Positions 49,057 to 60,400 of a stretch of 64,000 bases of DNA are shown in pieces. Every line of letters starts with the position of its first letter. The stretch's first letter is position 1. Source of the stretch: Squalus acanthias. Taxonomy: Eukaryota. Made by a program: the position numbers and the translations under genes. The stretch covers positions 128,342,001-128,406,000 of the forward strand of contig CM059431.1 in assembly GCA_030390025.1 (NCBI GenBank), written 5' to 3'. The notes under the pieces were generated by a model. That model saw only the letters and a list, made by a program, of their open reading frames with translations. It was not told where the DNA came from and ran no database searches.

Positions 49057-52000
49057 AGGTTACGGAATAACCTGTCCAGGCACCGGAAGCATGATTTCAG
49101 CACTCCTATTGTCCACTCCACCATTTGGCGCATGCACACGTATGCACAGTTGTACTGCTCCTGTGCTGCACTATTGATCCTGCAGTAGGGTGTCATCAGC
49201 CAAATCTTTAGCGGGTAGGCCTTGTCACCTAAGATCCATCGAGAGCCTTGCTGCACTTTGGAGAAGGCATCGTGTAAGTTTGAGTACCAAACAACGAAGG
49301 CATCATGAACACTTCCCCAGTGATCTACAGTGACAGTCATGATCCACAGTTGGGCATTGCAAAGGATCATCACATTGAACAAATGGTACCATTTCCTGTT
49401 GATGTATGTCACAGGTGTATCATTGGGTGTCTTCAATGGCACGTGGGTTCCACCGACAGCCCCCTGTACTTTGGGGAAGCTAGTAATCTGTAGAATGCGA
49501 TGGACTTCCCCCTTTGCCACACCGGGGACATGTTTCAGGTGAGTGAGTCAGATGCCCTGTGGAATATGGCATCCGTGACCTGTTGAATGCAGACTCTCGC
49601 AGTGCTGTGGATGATGTTGCACATGTCACTGTTGCCTTCCTGAAATGACCCGCATGCATAAAATTTGAGGCCTGTAGTTACTCTCAAGGCCACTGATAAA
49701 GCCCACCGGGAGGTAGAACATGGCTGAAGGTCCTCTTGTAATAATTCACTTAGGCAGCCGATTGCTTCCTTACTAAAGCATAGCCTCCTTGCACACAGTT
49801 CTTCCGATATCATCTTGAAAGACATCCTCTCACTGTAGACTCTCTGAGGTGGATAATAGTTCCTCCTGGTGAGCCTTCAGGCATATGCCTAACTCTCCAT
49901 CGTTGATCCCTGCGTTCCCCTTCCATGCTGTCCAGTAAAAGCAGAAGCACTGGAATGCCAAGTAGATAAGGCATTTTTATCCCTCTTCTGTGTTTCACAG
50001 GCCTCTTTAAGCACTTGCAGGACTGTTGACGGCACAGTAATTTGAAAACATATGATCTTCCTGCAAAGAATCCCACAGCTGAAATGCTCCCCTTGTGTGA
50101 ATCCAGGCTCAAGTAACATATGAGATCATAAATCACGCTCTTGACAGGGTACTTGCATCACTTCAGACCAGCCCTAAATATCTGTGGCAGGTTTAGTTTA
50201 TATTTATGGCACAAATTCAGCAACTTATTGACATTCAGTGAACGGTGAGACTGAGGGCGAGCTGCCGTTTTCATGAAGCTAACAGCGGATTGGCGCAAAT
50301 CGTCTAGCAAATTGTGGCCACAAGTTACTGCATGATTGGTAACGTTACATCGGTCAAACGTAATACAACCGGTACAATTTCCTATCGCATGTTGGAAAAC
50401 ACCAGCTGGTATTTTGACTGGGTGACCAAGCTGCTCTTTGGAGCCATTGTTACCTCGGGACATGTATTGTGCTATCCCTCTAGTGTCCTTTGCTCACTTT
50501 TATGTTTACCCTAGTAGTGTTCATGTTGGCACGATTCAGATCCTGACACTGGTATCGTCCTTCATGGCCTTGGTGTACATTTGGGAACCTCAGTTCCCAT
50601 CTGGGGCACTCGGGGTCCCCTAATTTTGTTATATCCATGTATGGCATTCCGACAAGCCTTGTTGATTTATGACGATCCTTCGAAACGCCTAAGTCTGTCT
50701 CATTTATTTTCAACAGATTCTCGCTCTTTCCTTCTTTTCCTGCTGTGACCCAAGCTGCTTTCTGCTTTTCTCTCCTTTCCACAAGCAGCCATTGTCCACT
50801 TTCCTTCCTTTGGTATGTGTATCGAAGAATCGGGGATATCCATTTCTGACTATCACAGTTCCATTTTCTATTTCTCTCCCTTCAGCTTCCATTGTCACAC
50901 TTGGGCTTGGTATGTCTCCGCTCACCAGGACGAGTTGCACAATTACCATCATTATTATAGTTATTAATTTGACAGACCTTCTCCACCATGTCCTTCCCTT
51001 TTCCATGGTGGCTTTTCCTAAAATCAAGAGAGTACCGTTACCCATCAGTTCTGTCTCTGGTACTGTGGACTGTCTTAAGATGATTGATATGATGCCAGCT
51101 GGTTAACTTTCTGTTCTTTTTGCCTGGATACTGGATTAGGTATACGGCTGCACTTGCTTTGTCCATAATGAGAAATGGTCCTTTCCATTTAGGTACAAAT
51201 GCATGTGCTTTTGTCCCATAGTGCAGTACCATTACCGTGTCTCCAATTTCATACTCAAATGGTCTGACCTTTTTGTCAAAATATTTCTTAATCTTTCTTT
51301 TTGAATGGCCTAATTTTTTGGCCACAAATTCATTTCTGTTTCGTACATGCTCAATCACTTTTGTCAACCATACTTCTCCTACTGTTCCCTGCATGGTGAG
51401 AGTTATCGATGCTTGTGGCACTAACAGGTGCCCTAAGCTTCTCAGTCAGCATCCTGACATTGCTTGATAAGAAGAATATTTTGGTGGTGCTGTGGGGTGT
51501 TTCTCTAATTGCCATTAAGCACATAGCTAACATAATTGGCCATTTGTTCGGGTTTTCGGAACAAAACTTTTTACTATTGTTTTCAAAGTCTGATTCCCGC
51601 TGTCCACTACCTCTGAAGATTGTGAATGATGCCCTTGGCCTTTTGTAAATCTTTAAAAATTCTTCTGATAAATGCGCCCCTGATTGCTATCAATCTGTAA
51701 CGGCATTCTCCACCTTGACATCACCTCACACAGTAAGTACGTGCTGCAGTGATGGCGGTATTACTTTGACATGGGAAGTCCTCCGCAATTTGTAAATTTG
51801 TCGATGATAACTAAATAGTACTGGTACCCCAACCCAGATTTAAGGAGGGGACCAATAACGTCAAACTGGATTTGAGTCCAGTCTGACGACGGTGCAGATT
51901 TTGGTAAAACTCTGTTAGTTAATGTGCATAGGAGGGTTACTTTGCAAGCAGGGTAAGTATGACTGGCATAACTGAGTATTATCCCACAGCATGTTAGGCC

Positions 52001-52479
52001 ATCCTACCACATGGACAATCTTATCGATGATAGTGGAGACAGAGTAATGTCCCACTGCAAAATGCAAGTGGAATAGGTGGAAAAATTCACTTGCCCATTC
52101 TGGTGCGATGGATAGCACAGGGAGTTTTCCCTTATCTGGTTTGAGTCAGAGTAGTCCCTTCCATCCACTCGGTTGGGGATGGAAGGGGGCAACCTTGGTC
52201 ATGTCATGCCATGACTATTTCATAGGGCTCCCATTGCTGTAGGTCATTTACGGTTATTTGATTGACAATAGTAATCACACTACTCACAGTGGTGTTCGCA
52301 GCAGGTTCCCAGTGGGTACCATCCGGTGCTGCATGCTTGGCTTGCTTATCGGCAAGTGAGTTTGGCTGGGAGTGGGCCTTTACCTTCCCCACATAGCAAG
52401 GGGTAGTGCAACTACTGAGAGCCAACCAAAAATGCTGTATTAGGCTGGCTAATGGTTTACCATCCGTAGAACAAAATAT

Positions 52480-53940
52480 GATTTTCCCAAACTCTCCCAA
52501 TTCAGGAATAATTCCCTTAGATTGGAAAATTGCCAACTTCATTCCACTATTTAAGAAGGGCACGAGAGATAAACTAGGAATTTATAGGCCTATTAGTCTA
52601 ATGTCTGTTGTGGGGAAGTTACTAGAATTTATTATTAGGGATAAAGTGACTGAGCGCTCAGACAAATGTAAACTGATAGGAGAGAGTCAGCATGGATTTG
52701 TAAAGAGTAAGTCATGTCTAACAAATCTAGTTGAATTTGGTGAGATACCTAATGAGGTACATAAGGGAGTGTTTATAATTGTTATTTATTTGGACTTCCA
52801 GAAGATAAGGTTCCACATAAGAAACTGTTAACAAAAATGAGAGCACATGGAATTGGAGGCAACCTATTGACATGGGTAGGGAATTGATTAGGAGATAGGA
52901 GACAGAGAGTAGGGATAATGGGTATGTATTCAAATTGGCAGGATGTGACTAGTGGTATCCCCAGGGATCTGTACTTGGGCCTCAGCTTTTCACTACATGT
53001 ATAAATGACATAGATGAAGGAATAGAGAGCTGTATATCCAAGTTTGCTGATGACACCAAGTTAGGTGCACGGTAAATAGTGTAGATGGCAGCAGAAAGTT
53101 GCAAAGGGACACTGCTAGATTAAGTGAATAGGCAAAACTGTAACAGATGGAGTTCAGTGTGGCGAAATGTTAGGTCATCCACTTTGGACCTAAGAAAGAT
53201 AGATCAGTGTATTTTCTAAATGGTGAGAAGCTAGGAACTGTGGAGGAGCAGAGAGATTTAGGGGTCCAAGTACAGAATTCACTAAAATATAGTGGACAGG
53301 TACTCAGAATAATTAAAAAGGCTAATGGAATGTTGGCCTTTATCTCAAGTGGGCTGGAATGCAAAGGGTGGAAGTTATGTTACAGTTATATAAAGCTCTG
53401 GTTAGACCCCATTTAGAGTATTGTGTTCAGTTCTTGGCACCGCAACTCAGGAATGATATATTGGCTCTGGAGGGAGTGCAGCGAAGATTCACCAGAATAA
53501 TACCAGGACTGAAGTGTTAAATTATGAGACAGGTTGCATAGACTAGACTTGTATTCCCTTGAATATAGAAGATTAAGGGGTGATCTAATTGAGGTGTTTA
53601 TAATTAAAGCAGTTGATAGGGTAGACAGGGAGAAACTATTTCCTCTGGTGGGGGAGTCCAGAACAAGGAGGCATAAGCTTAAAATTACAGCTAGGCCATT
53701 TAGTGGTGATGTAAGGAAGCACTTCTTCACAGAAAGGGTAGTGGAACTCTCTCCCCCAAAAAGCTGTTGAGGTTTATTGAAAATTTTAAAACTAAGATTG
53801 ATAGATTTTTCTTAGGTAAGGATGTTAAGGGTTTTGGAACCAAGGCGGGTAGATAGAGTTAAGATACAGATCAGCCATGATCTAATTGAATGGCAAAACA
53901 GGCTCAAGGGACAGAATAGCTGACTCCTGTTCCTATGTTT
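52480..53940 (+). mobile_element. CR1 RT fragment inserted in the RNase H of virus 2
   Basis: DWKIAN..PLFKKG, QHGF, FADD; CR1 3'UTR. Confidence 0.9.
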
Positions 53941-54187
53941 GTAGAATATAAAGCAGCATCATTACCATGCTGACAATATACATACTGTCTGACCAGACAT
54001 TAAAAGTGCGTATTAAGCTGAGTGAGGTGTTAATTTAAAGGAGAGGACCTTATTTTGAAGGCAAACAGCGAACCCTGTATGAGGTTGGCTGTTAATATGA
54101 TAGGAGGGTCCATCAATGTACACATTCATAGATCTGGTTATTTCTTTGGACTGAACTAGTGGGGTGTTGAATTGGAATATGGGCAGT

Positions 54188-55207
54188 TGAAAGGATTAGC
54201 AAAATTTCATGTGTTCCCCCCCCCCCCCCAAAGATTTTTGTTGTTGGACTTATTCATTTCAAACCCTGGTCAGACTGAGTTTTAAAATCCAGGGCATAAA
54301 ATGGCCGCGGTCAGACCTCGTGACCGAGAGCCTGGCAGTTTCATTTCAGATGCTGGGAAGCCATCAGCTTGTGTATTCCGATGTCTGCAACAGGAAGTTA
54401 CAGGACCTTTCCTTATGCATTACAATCAGGTCTATGCATAAGGCTTTCAAGGTGTTTGCTCAAATAATCAGCGGGGACATTGAGACGGGGCTGGGCCCAT
54501 CAACAGAACTGTTCTGGACAATCATCCAACCTGTCGAACAATAGGGTGGCAGTTGAAGAACTATTACCGGCCATCTAACATGATGGGCCGAGACCAGTAC
54601 CTTTTGTTAAAATTCATCATGCCCAGATCAGACAATAGAAATGAGCTGATCGGTAGGAAGATTAGGGCGACCAGAGCGGGTATAACTGGGAAGACCCAGC
54701 CATTTTTCTCTCTCTCTGCCTGGACCCTCGGTTCGCTCTGTCTGCTGGCCAGCAGCCCAGAAAAGAAGACTACCAGAAACGCCACGTGTCGACGGCAGAA
54801 ACAGAGCACAGGGCCAGGTTTTTCCATCCATTTCAACGGTGAGCTTTATCTTTCTTCTGGCTGTCGCAAGACAATATTAGTTAGGCATAAGGGTGGGGAT
54901 TAATGGGGATATTGCTATAATTGTAATTTTAGGATTTTCCCTCGATGTGTCCGTTCTCTTCCCATGCTAAGTGCAAAACCGTCTTCATATGATACTGTTT
55001 CTCTGTAGTTTTACTTCTGTAAATAAACATTGGTTTTCCTCGCACCAATCCACCGGTCTGTTCATTTGTCCTTATTGCCGCTCGATAAGTCCTGGGCTCA
55101 GAACTAATAATAAGGGGTAGCGATTCGCAACCGCACAGCGGGCAGGCAAGTCCAGGAAAACATAACTGGCTGACCTACAAATAAGCCCGAGACAAAAACC
55201 CCTTACA
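54188..55207 (+). mobile_element. Solo LTR (1020 bp) inserted in the pol of virus 2
   Basis: TGAAAGG...CCTTACA; perfect 4-bp TSD CAGT (54184-54187, 55208-55211); TATAA ~54681; AATAAA 55022. Confidence 0.88.
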
Positions 55208-57404
55208 CAGTGGAAATGTGTGTGTGTCCGCTGAATACCGTAGCTGGGCTGGCAACAAGGTTGTCCTTTTTGGGGAGATATCCAAATGTCTACCTTGCAT
55301 CTAAAATGTCCAGTGGCTGAGTCTTGCCGACGATACCAGTGCATACCCTGGTCACATTAACAAGTTCAAGGGGTATGTGGTGAGTGGAGGACCAGCTCCT
55401 GAAGCCCAGTGATAAAGGTGAAGTACTTTATTGCCCAGAAAGTGGCTAATAAGTAGTGCTCGCATGCATTGTACATTTTCTCTATGCCTTTGAGAATACA
55501 TGAAGCAAAAGCAATTGGTGCAAGAGCTGCCTAGCTCTGGTCTCTGTTCTGTAGCCACAATGTCAAGGTGGAAAGGTTGTGGGGGTTTAGGGGAAACCAA
55601 GCAGGTAGCTTGCATACCCCCACACTTGATCTGTTGCACAGCCTTGGTGTGTTCTCCTGTCCATTTATCCTTCATCCGATCGTTGGCGACCTGTACCTTT
55701 AAGAGATCGTACAGTGCTTTAGCAACTTTCTCAAAATGTGGGATACGTGATCTTTGGTCGCAGGCAAGCCTCAAAAGGAATCTCAAAGCAGTCTGTGATG
55801 TTTGCAGAGGAAGCCTCTGGATGATGTCCAATTTACGCTGATCAGGGCTTCGTCCCTCTGGTGACAGAGTCATGCCAAGAAAAGTAATGCTAAACCTCCC
55901 TTGCCTCTACTCTTATCCTGAGTCAGCCATGGTCCTTCTACTGCTGCTACACATTTGCGCTTTTCCTTTTCCAGTGTTCTTTCCGGGGAAGTCAATTCCC
56001 ATGCGCTTACGACCGTTTCAATAATGGTCCATCATAGTGGAAATTTGTGGATTGAAATTCCACTTGCCCTCCACAGAGGCGCACTCACTGACTTAGAAAC
56101 ATAGCTTTAAAAGGTACATCATTGGTGGTGGGTTGCACCACCTGGGGTGCAGGACCCTCTCCGACAACCTCCAGTGCTGTAGCAACCTGGTTTGCCGCGT
56201 TATTCAATTTAATTCCAAAATTGTACACAGTCGGGTTGCAAATGCCTGTGGGCGTTCCGATATGTCCTGCTGCATTTTGCCGATATATCCCAGCAGTTTG
56301 TCATATTCTATTCCTAGAACTGTCAGTATGGTGCATTGCCAGGCTTGACCTGTAATGGACGGTATAGGCCCATGCAAATTGGCCAGTATGGCCTATTTCA
56401 CAGATGGCATACAGGCGGCCAACAATACCTGACACTGGTCTTGATTGGGATGCTGAGTCATAAAATTTAACTACCTCTGCATATCATTTGCGGGTTCAGA
56501 AGCCATATCAATGGCTCCCCATTCCGCTGCTAGAGTCCTGGCCTCATTACCATTGAGGAGTTTGGTTTGTTGTGAATATCCTGTTCTAACTGGCAGAACT
56601 GCGTTATTATAACTGTCTGAGTGGGTTACTACTGCCACTGGTTGGCCATTCTCTACAGGGGTGCCGATGGTTTGACAGAATAGGGGCTGCCCAGTGCTTG
56701 GTATGGGGGTGACTTGTCATCACCATAATAATGAGCTGCATCATAATCCAGGGCATCCCAATCTATGTCATTGCCATCATCCCCTAGCCGGATCATCAAA
56801 CTTCCTGCTACCCGTCACGTGTAGTTAGTCCTCAATTTTTCCTTATGCTTTTTACAGATTTTCCGTTTTACAGACTTTATGATTTTTTGTATTTGTGGGT
56901 GGCTTTTGTAGAGTGACCCTCAATCCAGCTCGCATATCTTTAAAACGTTGCTATTGTCTGGTTAATTTTTCTCTCAGTTGCTTATTTTCTTGTTCAGTGA
57001 CCACCATTCCAATGCATTGAGCTGTGGTCATTCCTAGCTGGCACTGTAACTCCATTAATTTTATTTTGCAACATATCACATCTGATTTCCTACTCTTTGG
57101 TTTCTCCTCTAGCCTGGCACAACTGATTTTCCTTTTTCTGTCAGTTGCCTTTTCTGTTTATCTGTTGTTCTGATCTTTCTGCACAGAAATGTGCACCATA
57201 TATCAATAGTCACCTGGCTGGTTTAACTTTTAGTTTCCCATCTGCTACTTCTTTATCTACATATCTTCTTGATGACCTATATGGCTGGCCTCCATCCAGC
57301 TGTCATTAGGGGAGCTTAACCCTTTTCCCCTGCTTTCCCTGACAGCTTTATCTCAAAGGCTTTAGTACCCTTCATGGTCATTTTACTCTAATGAAGGTCC
57401 TTGT

Positions 57405-60400
57405 TTAGTGTACAAAATTAAAGCACATGGGATTGGGGGTAATATACTGGCACGGATTGAAAATTGGTTAACAGACAGGAAACAGAGAGTAGGAATAAAT
57501 GGGTCTTTATCGGGGTGGCAGGCAGTGACTAGTGGGGTACCGCAGGGATCAGTGCTTGGGCCCCAGCTATTCACAATATATATCAATGATTTGGATGAGG
57601 GAACCAAATGTAATATTTCCAAGTTTGCTGACGACATAAAACTAGGTGGGATTGTGAGTTGTGAGGAGGATGCAAAGAGGCTTCAAAGCGATTTAGACAA
57701 GTTGGGCTCGATTTTGCCATTGGGGTGGGCTGGGGCATGTCAGGTGGTTTTCGTGTCAGGACCCCGACTCCGATGTGAAGTGGGAAAAAAGTGCGATTTT
57801 GCCCTAATTGGGCACTTGATGTCCAGTGTGTGGGAACACCTGGCCCAATAAGTCTTTTCATACAGAAAGTCGCCTCCGATGACGTCATCAATGCTGCTGG
57901 ATTTAAGGCCTGCAAGCCGCCTTGCTTCTTCTGGAGACTTTAAACTTTATGCCCATTGTTGTGATCACTTCATTCAGCAACTATGTCCACCAGTAGACCA
58001 AAGTGTGCTCCAAGGTTCGATGAGGCCTCCCTCCAAGCTCTGGTGGAGGGAGCAAGCTCAAATAAAGAGGTGCTCTTCCCTTCCTCAGGGAGGAAAAAGC
58101 CTCCCCAACAGACTAAAGCTGTGCGGCTGCAAGTGGCCCAGGAGGTCAACTCAATCTCTGTGTGCCACAGAACCTGGCTGCAGTGCAGGAAGAGGTTTCA
58201 TGACCTTCTCCGCACAAGAAAAGTGAGTATGACTTTCTCATCACCCTCAATCAGATCCCCATCACCTCTCCTCACCAGCACTCTGCTTTGCCAACCTCTT
58301 CCTCCACATCCCACTTGACACTTACATCCCTGCACACTTACCCATTCTCTCTCTCCCTATGGTCACATTCACTTAACTATTTGACCATGCAGCCCTCACA
58401 CTCCCTATCACTGTGATGCAATGACAACAACTTACAACACACAGGGAGGGCTCTTTGTCTCCTTCTAAGCATCTATGCTATGGATTCTCTACACTCACTC
58501 CTTCATTCTCACTCAAACTCCACTTGTGTCCCTCATTGCAGGAAAAGAGTGCCCACAATAAGAGGGAAAGAGCGAGGACAGGAGGAGGGCCACCCTCAGT
58601 AGCCCAGCTCACCATCTCGGAGGAGGCGGCCCTGGAAATCGCCGGTGTCGAGGAAGATTCGCAAGTGGAGGACGGACAGGCGGGCGCATCACAGCAAGCT
58701 GGTGACAGAATAGTTTGGTATCTCTTTCATTGACATTGCATGAGTGACTGATAATGATTCTGGTGCTCTAACAGATTGACTTATGATCATCTGCACAATT
58801 CAATGTGCATGCAACCTTTACCTCACATCTCCAACTCTTTCCTTTACTCCCCCACAGGACCATCGAGAGCCCGCATCCCCACTGTCCAGGAGGAACAGCC
58901 TGAGCCTGAAGACTCCTCAGAGGAAGCTGCAACCTCTGAGGGTGCAGCGTCAGCAGAATTCAATGCACCCAGCACCTGCGCAGACACTCACACCTCGGTG
59001 GGACCTTCGCGAGATAGAGTAGTGTTGTCACCTGGTGTATCACAGCTCACAAGTGAGCATCAGCAGATGGTGGAGATAGGGACGGCAGTGGAGAGTCCTC
59101 GTCGGAGGGCGCAGGACTCTCCCAGCTCGGCTCAGCTGCATGTCGACCCTGTGCCTCCGGGTTCATCCAGAAGGAGAGCGGTGCTTGAACTCCAGGAACA
59201 GGTGCAGGAGTCTCTGGCAGGTTTTGTCTCCAGGGTCGCTGCGAGTGTGGAGCGAATGGAGGAGTCCATCGCGAACATGAGCAGAGCCTTTGTGGAGGCA
59301 TTGGCATATCACCACGGAAAGGATGGCAACCTCCGTGGAAAGGATGGCTACAGTAGAGGAGACGACGGCTACAGCCATGGAGGAGCTAAGTCGCCAGAGT
59401 GTTGAAAACATGGTCATTGTTCAGAATAGACTGACATCTCTTGAGGAGCGATGGTCAGCTATTGAGCATAGAAACCAGACCTTCATGGAAGTCCTCTGGA
59501 GTGGGACTTCCAGTGCAGAAACGGGTCCTCATGGCCCCCCTGAAGTGCAGCAAGGTGCTTTCAAGCCACTTGCTAGCTCTGAAGTGGGGCTGACCCATGA
59601 GAGGGATGTTGGTGGCAGACAACAAGGAAGTGGGGGCTCCTCTCCAAGCGCTCACATGACCATGCCAGTGCAAAGCCCTCGGTCAGAGCCGCACCAGAGT
59701 CCTCCCCCAACTGAGATGGGCGTCTCAGCCCCTGCACAGCCGTAGGAGCAGCAGACTGTTGCCGAGCCCTCACAGGCTCGCAACCCCAGAGGATGCCCGC
59801 CAAAGGTGTTGAGACAGGAACAGCAAGAAAGTGAGCAAGGGACCTCCACATCTGCTGAAGCCACAGGGGAAGCACCACGTAGGAGATCGTGTAAGAGGAA
59901 GATAAAGCACAAGTAGTCACAAGAGTAGTCACTTGGGTGTTCTGTTGTATTGTTTTTTGACAAGCCATCCTTGTAATGTTATGATAAACAGATTTGATGG
60001 CAAACTGTTGAAGTTGTGGCCTCTGTCATCCCGCAAATGGGACTTCCACATTGAGGGCTTAGGGCGACTTGCAATTGTCAGTATGGTGGTCAGAGTGATA
60101 GGAATACGCAGGTTCTTGTCCATTGTCGATGCTCTGGTAAGAAGGTGCGAGGCAAAAGTGTTTAATTGTACAGGCTAAGCAAATCTGGCCAACATGAGTA
60201 TGTCCCTTGCATCCCGGGCAGCAATGTGTTCGCGCGCTGTCACCTTCTGGCCTGTGTAGCTTCAGGTGGGTGAGCAGCAGCTTGGCACTGCTGTTGTTGC
60301 TGCTGCTGTTGGTGGTGCTGTTGTTCATGGTTCTGCTGCTGCCACGGCTGATCTTCGTCCGAATCTGATGTCCAGGACGAAAGGAAATAAATGGTTCCCA

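Larger units (their letters stand above)
41793..50319 (-). mobile_element. Older Harbinger (Myb on +, transposase on -) hosting an L2 and retrovirus 1
   Basis: Myb start MSEENLNERKGAHNFTDEDL ~42177; transposase 49980-49071 (FYACGSFQ, NRKWYH, GDKAYPL, FRCLDR) resuming at 44943 (GTLQYSP..VVCCAL); imperfect TIRs gccctgaatttgct / agcaaattgtggcc. Confidence 0.7.
50320..57380 (-). mobile_element. Decayed endogenous retrovirus 2 (gag remnant, RT C-terminus/tether, RNase H, integrase, env N-terminus)
   Basis: ITFLGMTLSPEGR...W..EH...PFHL (55352-55890); VYIDGPSY (54100-54123); KVKAH..N..ADKQAK (~52335-52390); integrase 52120-51038 sharing KKYFDKKVRPFEY.IGD with virus 1; env 51000-50320. Confidence 0.85.

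Noticed and set aside
48795..49520. Transposase-integrase fusion gene
   Set aside because: The transposase frame runs into the integrase out of frame at an insertion junction, and its first catalytic Asp motif is degenerate (GAVGGTH).
54188..55207. This LTR as the cognate LTR of virus 2
   Set aside because: Opposite orientation, located inside pol, and has its own TSD.
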